Below are positions 9,138-20,652 of a DNA stretch of 64,000 nt, piece after piece. A model generated the notes under the pieces. The model saw only the letters and a list, made by a program, of their open reading frames with translations. It was not told where the DNA came from and did not search any database. This DNA is from a bacterium (GTDB lineage: Bacteria > Elusimicrobiota > Elusimicrobia > UBA1565 > UBA9628). The first letter of the stretch is position 1, and every line of letters begins with the position of its first letter. Made by a program: the position numbers and the translations under genes. The stretch lies in NCBI GenBank assembly GCA_021810245.1, contig JAJZJF010000001.1, forward strand, positions 5,582 through 69,581, read 5' to 3'.

Positions 9138-9759
9138 GGCGATTCCTCAATTGTTGATTCATTGGAAGCAAGAGCTTATTTATGGGAAGGCTCTTTTCCT
9201 TCTTAAAAAAATAATCGAGATTTTCTTTCCCTCCCGGCAGCAATTCCTTCGATTCGGAATCATAATGCATCCATTTAGGATATCCCCATTGTTCCTGAAG
9301 CCAAAAGATGTTCTCCCAATCCTCCGAATCGGCATAGTGCTCTTTCTGTATGGATGCCTTGGTAATATAAAAATAGGGAGCAAAAAAATCGAAGAGACTC
9401 TGGCGGACAGTGTCACGGTTCACTTTCTCATTTTTTATTAGGTAGCCTAGGTTTTCGAAGAAAATCATTATTGGAGCGTAAACTCTTTCTAAAGCATCTT
9501 TATCTGCGCTGGACCTTTTACAGGAATAATGAAGGGCGCAGAGCCCTCTATCTCCTCTAAGAGTGTATGCGAATTCATTCCACATCAAACGCCACAAATC
9601 GACTTGTGCCTGCTGAATTTGATGGTTTAACGTCTTATTGGCGGTCCTCGTAGTCCACAAAGCGGCAAAGGCGGCTCCGGCTGTTGCAATTGCCCCTACC
9701 GCCATCCAAAAGGTAGACGAGACAAGTAATTTTAAATATATCCAATGACTAGGGCACAT
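9130..9759 (-). CDS. Hypothetical membrane-anchored protein (DUF4760-like), first gene of the hsd operon
   Basis: N-terminal hydrophobic helix, FFENLGYLI motif; overlaps the hsdM start. Confidence 0.55.
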   Translation of the reverse strand: MCPSHWIYLKLLVSSTFWMAVGAIATAGAAFAALWTTRTANKTLNHQIQQAQVDLWRLMWNEFAYTLRGDRGLCALHYSCKRSSADKDALERVYAPIMIFFENLGYLIKNEKVNRDTVRQSLFDFFAPYFYITKASIQKEHYADSEDWENIFWLQEQWGYPKWMHYDSESKELLPGGKENLDYFFKKEKSLPINKLLLPMNQQLRNRHV

Positions 9760-9766
9760 CGGCTTA

Positions 9767-9775
9767 ATTTTAGCA
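9767..9775 (-). promoter_or_regulatory. Extended -10 promoter (TGcTAAAAT) of the defence operon
   Basis: TGCTAAAAT lies 7 nt upstream of the ATG at 9759. Confidence 0.5.
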
Positions 9776-10163
9776 TTCTAAAATACCGTGTAACTGCTCT
9801 TGCGTCTCTCCCCAGCAATTCCGCACATCGCAGCGGAAGCGTCGGAAAATGTGGCGAAATCCAAGCTGGCAGATTCGCGGATCATGATTTTGAGCCTAGG
9901 AGCGACGCGGAAGCGGCGTGACGGTCATAAAATCAAGACCGGCCCCAACACCGCCGCCCCAGCGGCTTGCCAGGGTGGTAGGATAATATTGCGCGGCAAG
10001 ATAATAGTCTAAGGAGGTTGCGCCCAAAAGGATTCCAGCTTCTGTAAAACCAAGTCATCCATGAATAGCCGTGATAGATGTAGCCTGGTGCGGCCTTGAC
10101 GCTGCGGCCGCTTGAGATTACGGTCAAAGAACACCGTCGTTAAAAAGAACGCTAAAAAAAGAA

Positions 10164-10989
10164 TCATAAAATTGGCCAGCATCGCTTGGTGAACCGCTTT
10201 AATAACCGCAGACCCGCCGAAGCCTCCGTATCCCCCGGCAAGAGCGGCTCTATATCCAGTTCAAGGACGGGCGTAACGCCAACCAACTGCAACACAACGT
10301 AGCGATGGTAATATTGGGTTTTTATTCCGCCCTCGACTTTAATGTCTCGCCTCATGCAGCCAGGACAGCGCCGCTTAAAGCTGCAGTAGGGTTCCTGCCC
10401 ATCTAATGCGCCGACCCAAGGATCCCAGCGGGCGGGGATTTTTAACTCCTGCCCTAGAGCGTTGTGGCTGCCCAGGCGCATGGCGTGCATCCCAAATTCG
10501 CTCAGCCACACCGCCCGAACGGGAATTTGAGGTTCTAAGCGCCCATCATGAACATGGGACAATAACTCCTCAAAATCCCATGTCCGCTCCAAATACTTCG
10601 CAAAGCGCGACAACACTTTCTTTTTAGGCTTTTCCCCTTCCGATTTCCTTCCAACGTTCATCCCCAACAATCGCAAGAAGCCTCCGCGCTTCTTGGTAGC
10701 TCTTGGCCCAGTCTCGAATCTCATCAAGCTGCTTGGGCGGGATGCTTTTCATTCTCATTTTCCCATGTTGGCTTTGGCTGGCATACCATGAGATATGCCA
10801 GTAGCGCTTCCCCTTAGCGCAGCGGCAGGTGGCCGTGCCGCAATACCGCTTCATGGGAACCAGGTTGGCTCTCAATATCCCTCTGCTGCCGTTCATTATT
10901 TGACGAAGGCGGGCGCGAGCCGTCCGTTCTTTAGCTGATTTTAACGCCATGACGACCTCCTTAAACATGATATTACTAATATATATCAT
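10164..10989 (-). mobile_element. IS remnant: small Cys-motif ORF plus truncated DDE transposase
   Basis: ORF 10624-10950 (RYCGTATCRCAKGKRYWH, DUF6788-like, strong RBS) followed by a transposase-like fragment (D.R..PQIP, ALDG, C..C, YYH) that is too short for a full DDE domain. Confidence 0.65.
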
Positions 10990-11015
10990 GTTATAGCGAT
11001 AAAGTCAAGCAAAAT

Positions 11016-11097
11016 GCGAATGCGAATTTGCTCCTCAAGCCCGGATTAAACAACTATTGACGGCTGAAGACTAGAAAATTAGGGAAGGTGCGGAATT
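11016..11097 (+). repeat. 82-bp perfect direct repeat, right copy (island boundary)
   Basis: Identical to 393-474. Confidence 0.95.
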
Positions 11098-11232
11098 ACA
11101 GACGACCCTCAAGATTCTGACTGATTTTATCCGACGATGTTGCTGGGGGAACGAACTCTTTTGGTTAAAAAGCGTATTAGGGTTGGGCGATTTAAAATGC
11201 CTAAAGAAACGATAAAAGGAAGGGATATTTGT

Positions 11233-12144
11233 ATGAAAAGCTCTATCAATGGCATGGCCGAGGAGTTCCGCTCCCAACTTAACAAACCAGGCGCCGTCGA
11301 ACTTCCCGGCTGCTACGACGTCTTAAGCGCGATGATTCTTGAGGAGGCCGGGTTTAATGCGGTTTTTCTCAGCGGCTACGGAGTCGCGGCGAGCATGCTG
11401 GGCAATCCGGACATCGGTCTTACTAGTTTAGCCGAAACGGCGGCAGCGGCAAAGAGCGTGGTCAATGCGTTAAAAATTCCGATAGTAGTTGACATCGACA
11501 ACGGCTACGGCAATGAAGACAATGTCCTCCGTGTAATTCACGAACTCGAATACTCCGGGGTCGCCGCAGTGATCATGGAAGACCAGATCATGCCCAAGCG
11601 CTGCGGCCATTCCGGAAACAAACAAGTTATTCCGATTGAGCAATACATGGCCAAATTAGAATGCGCTTTAAAAAGCAGGCAGACGCCCATGACGGTCATC
11701 GCCCGCACCGATTCCATGGATCTAAGCGAAGCGATTTCCCGCGCCAAGATGTTTCACTCCGCGGGAGCGGATGTGACGCTCATTGATGGATTGTCGTCGC
11801 GCGACGCAATCAAACGGGTCGCCGATGAAGTTCCTGGGCACAAACAAATTAATCTCATTTATGGAGGAAAGACGCCGCTTCTCTCTGTTAAGGAGCTCGC
11901 CGAACTTGGGTTTAAAGTCGTTTTATACTCCACGCCCGCGCTTTACGCGGCGGCTCAAACGCTTCTTGAGTCAATGCGCCGATTACGAGAGTCTCATGAT
12001 ATCAACTCAATCTCGAGCGAGAGTATTCCGTTTAAGAATTTTCAGGAATTTATCGAGAGGAAATACGCTGAAAGAAACGCTCGCAAATTAGAGCGATCTA
12101 ATCACAAATCCACGACTGCTCCATCATCGGCGGCGATAAGATAG
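11233..12144 (+). CDS. Isocitrate lyase / PEP mutase superfamily enzyme (PrpB-like)
   Basis: PGCYDVLSA, FLSGYG, DIDNGYG, EDQ..PKRCGH, ARTD motifs; start uncertain (ORF open from 11137). Confidence 0.85.
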   Translation: MKSSINGMAEEFRSQLNKPGAVELPGCYDVLSAMILEEAGFNAVFLSGYGVAASMLGNPDIGLTSLAETAAAAKSVVNALKIPIVVDIDNGYGNEDNVLRVIHELEYSGVAAVIMEDQIMPKRCGHSGNKQVIPIEQYMAKLECALKSRQTPMTVIARTDSMDLSEAISRAKMFHSAGADVTLIDGLSSRDAIKRVADEVPGHKQINLIYGGKTPLLSVKELAELGFKVVLYSTPALYAAAQTLLESMRRLRESHDINSISSESIPFKNFQEFIERKYAERNARKLERSNHKSTTAPSSAAIR

Positions 12145-12156
12145 CTCAGAGATTCT

Positions 12157-13974
12157 TTATTTTTTCTGGGGCAGAGGCGGCGCCCTATTAGCCAGACCGT
12201 TTCGCATCCCCATAATTGTTTTTAATCGCGCACGCAAAACCTCCTCTTTCTTTTGAAGGTCTCCTTGGGTTAGGGTTTTCCGACTCGCGATCGTTAAAGC
12301 AGCATTCTTTAAGGCAAATATGGAAGCTTCAAAAAAATCCTCGACTGTTTTTTGCGCTTCACCCGCCGTTGCCTCAAGCCTTATCTCATAATCATAACGC
12401 AATCTCCCGGCATTGACATCCATGGCCTCTTCCACCTTCCTCTTGAGGGCCTTTAAAAAAATAGATTTAAACATCCGCAGCGTCGGCATAGGCAAGAAAC
12501 TCCTCTCCCAAATCGGAACTTCCTCTAAAACAAACCAGACGGTGGGCGGAGAAACGATAAGCGTGGGTTTATGGACAACCTCGTGTTCGGTTTTGGCAAC
12601 CGCGCAAACTTCTTTAAGAGACTCGTTAAGCATATCCGTTGCATTTTCCAAATATCTATCCGTTATCTCTTGAAAAGTTTTGGCCCAATGAGGCTCTTCT
12701 TTTTCCAGATACCGAAGAAAAGACGTCTCGACGGAATTTAAAAAATACCTATTGAGCTGGGAACGAATTTTCGATGAGGACTGATGACAAATATTTTGGT
12801 AAAGCGCCGTTAATTGGGCCGTTATTTCCTTCAATTGAATTTGAACGTATTCATACAAGTCTTCCTGCATCGTCCGAATATGGTCTTTTAAATCGCAACG
12901 ATAGAGTTTTGAAAGTTCATATTGCCGTCGGCGAGTTGTTTCTAAAATTTGTTTAAATACCGCTTCTTGATTTTCAATATCTTGCGCGGCCTTGGTTAAT
13001 GACCCCAGCTCAAGTTCAATTTCAAGACAAAGATTTCCAAGAAGGCGTTCCGCTCTCTCTGATACCGATTGTCTCAAAAGATTTCTTTTTCCCTCGATCA
13101 TGAGATGGTTTAAAGAGTCCTCAAGACTCTGCATGCCGCTTTGCCGCCACAACTCGGCATCCGCGTTTTTCTTGGCCTCAAGACCTCGCTTGGCGGAAAT
13201 GGGAAAGAGGAGCGCATTCCCTTCGCCCAAGACCGATCGAAGCGCGCTTCTTATAAATCGGAGCGACTGTTCCAGTTCTTCGGTGGAAAAATAATCCACC
13301 TTGTTGACAATCACATAAAGCCTTTTCGTCCAGCGCCGAATGGAGTTGAGAAATTCCAATTCCAACTCGCTTATCGGCGGATCCACGCTTAAGACCAAGA
13401 TCATGGCATCGGCCTTGGGAAAATAGCGTTCGGCAACTTGCGTGTTGTGTCGGTAGATGGACCCCACTCCCGGCGTATCAACGAGGATGGTCCCTTCGCG
13501 CAGGAAGGGAGATGGGATATCGACGATGACCCTATCCACTTTCTTTTCATTCTTTGGGTTGCGGTCCTCGGCCACGAAATCGGGGATATGGTTGAAGGAT
13601 ATGTTCTCCCGGTGTCCGCCTAAAAACTCGACATTGGCCGCTTTCTCTTTGCCGCAGCGCACCAAGGTGACCACCGAAGTCAGCGGCACGACGGCCATCG
13701 GCAGAACTGGCTCGCCGACCAAAGCGTTAATCAGCGTGGATTTCCCACGCTTAAAAGACCCGACCACCACGATTTGAAGCTCATTTTCAGACAGTTTACG
13801 CTTGAGTTCCTGCAGCCGTGAATTCAAATCTTCCCGGCCGATTTCGGCCAAAAAATCAGAAATACGATCAAGATATCGCTTCGCTCCATCCAGGCTCATT
13901 TGGCCTGCGCCTAATGAACAAAGCGCGGCTTCATTTAACTCAATGAAATTGGATGATTCGTTTTTTAAGGCCAT
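12157..13974 (-). CDS. Bacterial dynamin-like GTPase
   Basis: G1 GSFKRGKST, G2 PLTS, G3 DTPG, G4 NKVD, PISAK; long helical C-terminus. Confidence 0.85.
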   Translation of the reverse strand: MALKNESSNFIELNEAALCSLGAGQMSLDGAKRYLDRISDFLAEIGREDLNSRLQELKRKLSENELQIVVVGSFKRGKSTLINALVGEPVLPMAVVPLTSVVTLVRCGKEKAANVEFLGGHRENISFNHIPDFVAEDRNPKNEKKVDRVIVDIPSPFLREGTILVDTPGVGSIYRHNTQVAERYFPKADAMILVLSVDPPISELELEFLNSIRRWTKRLYVIVNKVDYFSTEELEQSLRFIRSALRSVLGEGNALLFPISAKRGLEAKKNADAELWRQSGMQSLEDSLNHLMIEGKRNLLRQSVSERAERLLGNLCLEIELELGSLTKAAQDIENQEAVFKQILETTRRRQYELSKLYRCDLKDHIRTMQEDLYEYVQIQLKEITAQLTALYQNICHQSSSKIRSQLNRYFLNSVETSFLRYLEKEEPHWAKTFQEITDRYLENATDMLNESLKEVCAVAKTEHEVVHKPTLIVSPPTVWFVLEEVPIWERSFLPMPTLRMFKSIFLKALKRKVEEAMDVNAGRLRYDYEIRLEATAGEAQKTVEDFFEASIFALKNAALTIASRKTLTQGDLQKKEEVLRARLKTIMGMRNGLANRAPPLPQKK

Positions 13975-13977
13975 AAA

Positions 13978-14472
13978 TTATGCGCTTCGGAGCTTCTCCT
14001 TTTCCAACTCCATGAGATTTCGGATGTTCTCCTCCAAATCAGCGCGAATTCCTATCGGCGGCTTCGACGCCGCGCAACGACGATAACAATCAAGAGCCGC
14101 GCCAGTTTTCCCATGTTTTTCATAAAACAACCCCAGGCAAAAAAGCGCTCCTGACTCGTCCGGCTTTTGACGCAAAGCCTCTAGCGCCCAGAACTCCGCA
14201 TCCTTCCATCGCCCCCACGCGAGATACGCGCGGGACAAGTTCGCCTTGAAGCGCGCATTCCATGGATTGATTTCAGCTGCGATCTTAAATTCTCGCGCGG
14301 ATGTTTCCCAGAAGCGCCCTTGAAAAAACTCCAATCCAAGGGCATTGTGGTTATGGCCGCCCCATGGATTGCGCCCGAGAATTTTTTCGCGCCGCCTAAC
14401 CCCTTCAGGCGTCATGGCCTTTCCGGGACTGATAAATTTTTTGCGGTAATTATTCGACACATCCCCCCTCAA
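13978..14472 (-). CDS. TPR-repeat protein
   Basis: HNALG...A...NP...ANL..AY and ALFCLGLFY...A..CY repeats; likely start is GTG 14460. Confidence 0.7.
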   Translation of the reverse strand: MRGDVSNNYRKKFISPGKAMTPEGVRRREKILGRNPWGGHNHNALGLEFFQGRFWETSAREFKIAAEINPWNARFKANLSRAYLAWGRWKDAEFWALEALRQKPDESGALFCLGLFYEKHGKTGAALDCYRRCAASKPPIGIRADLEENIRNLMELEKEKLRSA

Positions 14473-14491
14473 CTATTTTCATTGACAGGCT

Positions 14492-16416
<1,925 letters not shown>

Positions 16417-16417
16417 A

Positions 16418-16795
16418 TCAGCCCCCCTTCTTTTCCGTTAGATTTTTTGATCGAGGGCGCGTCGCATCGGCGCGATAGAGGATCACATGAACCTTCTCCA
16501 TTGTGACCAGGCCTTCTTTGACCATCTCATCAATCTTAGGCAATAGCTTGTTAATATTCTCTTCGCTATCGACGATCTCGATGACAATAGGAAGATCGTA
16601 GGACAACTCCAGCATTTTAGCTGTATGAATATGGGCCTTGAGGCCAAATCCCATGAACCCGCGAGTCGCTGTCGCCCCCGCCATGCCGAGTTCGCGCGCC
16701 GCTCCGATGATAGCCTCATACAAAGGCGCTCCACTCCAGACGTCCTGCTCTCCAATAAAAATACGCAACAGTTTTTGTTCTCCCTCTAGTTTCAT
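16418..16795 (-). CDS. DUF190 (PII-like) protein, a family commonly found next to crcB
   Basis: LLRIFIGE.D...PLYEAI...GMAGAT..RG..GFG...LS.DLPIVIEIVD. Confidence 0.88.
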   Translation of the reverse strand: MKLEGEQKLLRIFIGEQDVWSGAPLYEAIIGAARELGMAGATATRGFMGFGLKAHIHTAKMLELSYDLPIVIEIVDSEENINKLLPKIDEMVKEGLVTMEKVHVILYRADATRPRSKNLTEKKGG

Positions 16796-16810
16796 ATTTT
16801 CTCCTTTGGC

Positions 16811-18355
16811 CTATCGCGCCGGGGCCAATCTTGCCCATGCGTCGGATGAAACTCCAACCGCGTAGTCAAGGTTCGCTGAAGCCGTCAAAAAATCCGCCGT
16901 CGCTAAAATTTTCGTGTAACGGGCGCGCGCAAAATCGCGCTGGGCTGACATCAGTTCGACGATATTGCTTAATCCTTCTTTGTAGCTTTTACTATAGGCG
17001 TCATAGGACTCAGACGCCGCGTCCCACAGCTTAAGAGCATCCTCATATTTCTGCCGCATCGCGTCAAAAACAAAATAGGCGCGCCATACATCCGCGATGA
17101 TCTGAAGTTCATGCAACTTCAGAATATCCTCACGGGAATGGACCATCGCATGGGCTCGGCTCAAGTCGTTATGACGACGAAAACCATTGAACAAGTCCCA
17201 TCTTAAAGTAAACAGAGCTGAATAAAAAGGTTGCGCCTCGGAGTAATAAGGCGTTTGAACGGGGGCGTTGCCCATCGCGGGCAGCGGCGTTGGATGGTGC
17301 AAATTGAGCCACCACTGCGTTTCATTGTAATACCCGCCAAAGCTTAGGGTCGGGCGGAACTCCGCTTCAGCGCGAGCCGCAATGGCCTCGCTATTTTTGA
17401 GCCTTTCCACTTCCGCCGCAAGATCTGGACGCGCATTCAAGGCCTGGTTAATAAAAGTCCCCGCATCCAACCCTAGGAACTTTGGAATTTCCTGTTCCCC
17501 CAATGTCCCGACTTTTAAATTTACGTCGGATGGAACCCCAACAGCCACCGCGAGAGCCGCCTGCGCCTCAGCCCGACGGGCTCTTGCATCATCCACGTCT
17601 AGTTTCGCGCGCGCGCGCCTTTCCTCCGCGAATTTTAAATCCGGCAGGGTTGAGAGCCCGCGCTTCATCATATCCGATACCGATAAAAAATCTGTTTCGG
17701 CAAACTCAAGATTGACCTTGGCCGCATCCACCATTTCTTGCGCCGCCGCCAAGGCGTAAAAAGATCCTTTAACTCTGAAAATAATTTCCTCTATCTTGCG
17801 GTTAAAATCGAGATTGGCCGATAAGAGAGCCGCGTGAGCGGCCGCAACCTCGGACCTGCGGCGCCCAAATTCGCTAATCGAATACTCTAAGCCAATTTGA
17901 GCGTTCGCCGAACCTAGGCGATCGTCTCCCGGAGGGACAATCGAGTTATACATAAAACGGCTATAGCCGTCTTGCGAAGAAAAACTAATGCGCGGATAGT
18001 ACCGCGAAAAAGACATTCCATAAGTCGCGGCCTTAACTCGAGTTCTTTCCCAAATAGCTTCAAGCTCGGGATTGGAGTTTAAAGCCGTATTAATTAAGCT
18101 GTCAATCTTTTTCTCTCCTGAATTAGATTCAAATCCGGGGGGAGTAAGAGATTTTTTTTCAAAGCCTTTAGGCTTGGCTGAGGACGATTTTCCTTGGCTT
18201 GAAACCCAAAACGTATTGGAAGACTCTGGAGCATAAAGATTGGGGTTTGTCTCGGGGCGAGAAGCGAGAAAGGAAGAATAACCCCTCCGCGCGAGCGCCG
18301 CGACAAAGATACTGACGATAAGACTTCGGCGAGCTAAACCGGCTGTGCGTTCCAT
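16811..18355 (-). CDS. TolC-family outer membrane efflux protein
   Basis: ALNSNPEL, RPDL...A.AEF.P, WDLFNG, helical repeats; start moved to ATG 18355. Confidence 0.85.
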   Translation of the reverse strand: MERTAGLARRSLIVSIFVAALARRGYSSFLASRPETNPNLYAPESSNTFWVSSQGKSSSAKPKGFEKKSLTPPGFESNSGEKKIDSLINTALNSNPELEAIWERTRVKAATYGMSFSRYYPRISFSSQDGYSRFMYNSIVPPGDDRLGSANAQIGLEYSISEFGRRRSEVAAAHAALLSANLDFNRKIEEIIFRVKGSFYALAAAQEMVDAAKVNLEFAETDFLSVSDMMKRGLSTLPDLKFAEERRARAKLDVDDARARRAEAQAALAVAVGVPSDVNLKVGTLGEQEIPKFLGLDAGTFINQALNARPDLAAEVERLKNSEAIAARAEAEFRPTLSFGGYYNETQWWLNLHHPTPLPAMGNAPVQTPYYSEAQPFYSALFTLRWDLFNGFRRHNDLSRAHAMVHSREDILKLHELQIIADVWRAYFVFDAMRQKYEDALKLWDAASESYDAYSKSYKEGLSNIVELMSAQRDFARARYTKILATADFLTASANLDYAVGVSSDAWARLAPAR

Positions 18356-20652
18356 ATGAGTTCTCTCCAGTCCCTGCGCATTTTCCCCCCGGGAAAAACC
18401 GCGGGCAGGGCCGCGTTTAATTTTCCGATCAAATAATGCAGATGCCAAAAAAGTTCAAAATCTCCGCGTAAGGCTAATTCATTGCTGCCCGAAACTTCCT
18501 TCCCGAGCAGCCAGTCTTCCCAGGACCTGGGGCCATGGACATTGGCTTGAATCTGAGACGCAAAAGACCAAGCCGATGAAGTTTTCCATTTTTCATTCTC
18601 GAAAAAATCAGCCCATGCTTCAAGCTGTCGTAAAAAACCGGACAATTCTCCATCCCGCGCAAGAGACATCTTGGGAAAATTTCGAGAAACATCCGGATTC
18701 ATATGCCTGAAGCTAATGGCCGAAAAGCGATGCGAAATTTTCCACAAAGCGTCTGAAGCTTCTAAAACCGCCGCGGAATTAACATTGCTTTGGTATCCCT
18801 CTAATTTCACGTCGTCAGCGAGATTTACCAAATCGGCAAGAATTTGAGTCGCGCCATGCCCCTCAAAGCGAGAATTTTTCGCGGAATCGCCCGCTGAAGA
18901 TTCCTCTGCCATGTCCAAAATTCCATGAAGAAACCGCGATAGGAGAGCCGCGATTTGATCGCCTGCCCTCTGTGGCCAAAGAATTTTATAAATCAAAAGC
19001 GGAACGAGAATTCCGATAAAGATGGCGGAAATCCTCCAAAAGGGATCATAAATATTCAGCGGTTGGCCGAGGCCGACGAAAATAATGATAAAAACATCTC
19101 CTATTTGGCGTCCGGCATAGGCTATTTTTTCATGACTTTGTCCCGCATACCCCGCGATAAAAACGACAATAAAGGCCGTGATCATATAAGCTGGAAGGGT
19201 AGAAAAATTTGGCGTTATGACCGACATCAGAAAAAGGATGAGGAGTCCGCCGATGACGCTTCCTCCCAATCGAAGAAACATCCTGCGAATAGCCGTTCCA
19301 TAAGATTGAAACGCGACGGTGAATACCGTGACCGGCGCGACCCACAAGCGCGGGTCATGAGAAACAAAACCAAAAATAAAACAGATGACAACGGCAAGGG
19401 CCGTCTTGAGGCTGAAACGGAGCAAAACAGGGTCAAGCGGAGATTTGATCAGGGAAGACAAAGATAATTCTTGGAGCGCGGCATTGTTTGCCTCTTCAAT
19501 CGGCCGAGTTAGGATATGCGATAGTTCATGGAGGGATATGATGACTCCGCTCATCCTGGACAACCCCTCAGGATTCCCGGAAGTCCGTCTTTCAAGATGT
19601 TCAATTTCAGAAATAAAAATGCGCAAACGATCTCTCAAAGCCAAGCTTGACAGAGTCAGCCGCGAGGCTGCGGATTTTGAAAATATAAAAATATTATCCG
19701 CCGCTTCATTAACCGCCCCCACTGCGGCATGAATGACCCGCTTAACATCCGAATCTTCTTCTGAGTATCCAGCCTCTCCCGCCGCATTGATAAGGAGAGA
19801 AGCGAGACGTTCCATTTGAGAAAATATCTTTTCCGCGCGAACAATCTGACCAAGAAAAAAAGAGCTCTTTTGAGCGTCGCGAGCTTCTTGATTCACGCGC
19901 TCAAGAAGACGGAGATGAACCGAGATGTCGGACTCAACCGCGGATATAGGGCGAAACTCACCCGCTTTTTTAACTTCCCCAATCTCAATAGTTTGAAGAA
20001 GCCTCTTGCCTCCCCGGCGCAAACTATCAGAAAGAGATTCCAACAGGATGGGTTCGGCCGGGCTGGGCCATAAAAAGGCGTCAAAAAGAAAGAGCGTTAA
20101 AAATGCGATTGCATACCCCGCGAAAGTGTTGGCAGCTTGCAATCCAGCTTGGGATGGGCTGACGACCATGGTATAAAACGCTTCTAAAAAAATAAGTTGG
20201 AGAACAAATCCGCGCGCGCCAAGTCTTAAAGCGTTGACCGCGTAAACGGACGCGGCTGCTATAAGGCCAACAAATAAAAGCATCACTCCGGGAGCCTGGG
20301 CCATAAAGCCGGCCAGGGGAACCGATAAAGCCATGAGCCCAGCGGCGGCAAAAGCGAGAGTAAATGTTTGAGAAGGCCTCATCATTGGCCCGGGAGGCGC
20401 CACCAAGAGCCAAAACGCATACTGAGCAGTCCCGCTTTGAACGTGAAAAATCGCCATTAAGGCGGCGAAAACAGCGACCATAGCCGAGATCCTTAAGGCC
20501 GCTTTAAAGCGGCCGGGTCTGTAAGACAACTGCTCGGAAACGACAAAATCAATCGTTTCCCTTGATTGCCGCAGGCAACGCCTGAAACTCAATGCAAACG
20601 CAGTTCGCAGGCGACGCAAAAAAAATGTTTTTTTATGATTTGTGATAGCCAT
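18334..20652 (-). CDS. FUSC-family (MdtO/AaeB-like) inner membrane efflux subunit
   Basis: Two multi-TM blocks separated by a long soluble region; RFSLKTALA...RLGG..IG...LWP pattern. Confidence 0.8.
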   Translation of the reverse strand: MAITNHKKTFFLRRLRTAFALSFRRCLRQSRETIDFVVSEQLSYRPGRFKAALRISAMVAVFAALMAIFHVQSGTAQYAFWLLVAPPGPMMRPSQTFTLAFAAAGLMALSVPLAGFMAQAPGVMLLFVGLIAAASVYAVNALRLGARGFVLQLIFLEAFYTMVVSPSQAGLQAANTFAGYAIAFLTLFLFDAFLWPSPAEPILLESLSDSLRRGGKRLLQTIEIGEVKKAGEFRPISAVESDISVHLRLLERVNQEARDAQKSSFFLGQIVRAEKIFSQMERLASLLINAAGEAGYSEEDSDVKRVIHAAVGAVNEAADNIFIFSKSAASRLTLSSLALRDRLRIFISEIEHLERRTSGNPEGLSRMSGVIISLHELSHILTRPIEEANNAALQELSLSSLIKSPLDPVLLRFSLKTALAVVICFIFGFVSHDPRLWVAPVTVFTVAFQSYGTAIRRMFLRLGGSVIGGLLILFLMSVITPNFSTLPAYMITAFIVVFIAGYAGQSHEKIAYAGRQIGDVFIIIFVGLGQPLNIYDPFWRISAIFIGILVPLLIYKILWPQRAGDQIAALLSRFLHGILDMAEESSAGDSAKNSRFEGHGATQILADLVNLADDVKLEGYQSNVNSAAVLEASDALWKISHRFSAISFRHMNPDVSRNFPKMSLARDGELSGFLRQLEAWADFFENEKWKTSSAWSFASQIQANVHGPRSWEDWLLGKEVSGSNELALRGDFELFWHLHYLIGKLNAALPAVFPGGKMRRDWRELIWNAQPV

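Noticed and set aside
9800..10127. Short ORFs between orf209 and the IS remnant
   Set aside because: No recognisable family; may be gene debris but cannot be supported.
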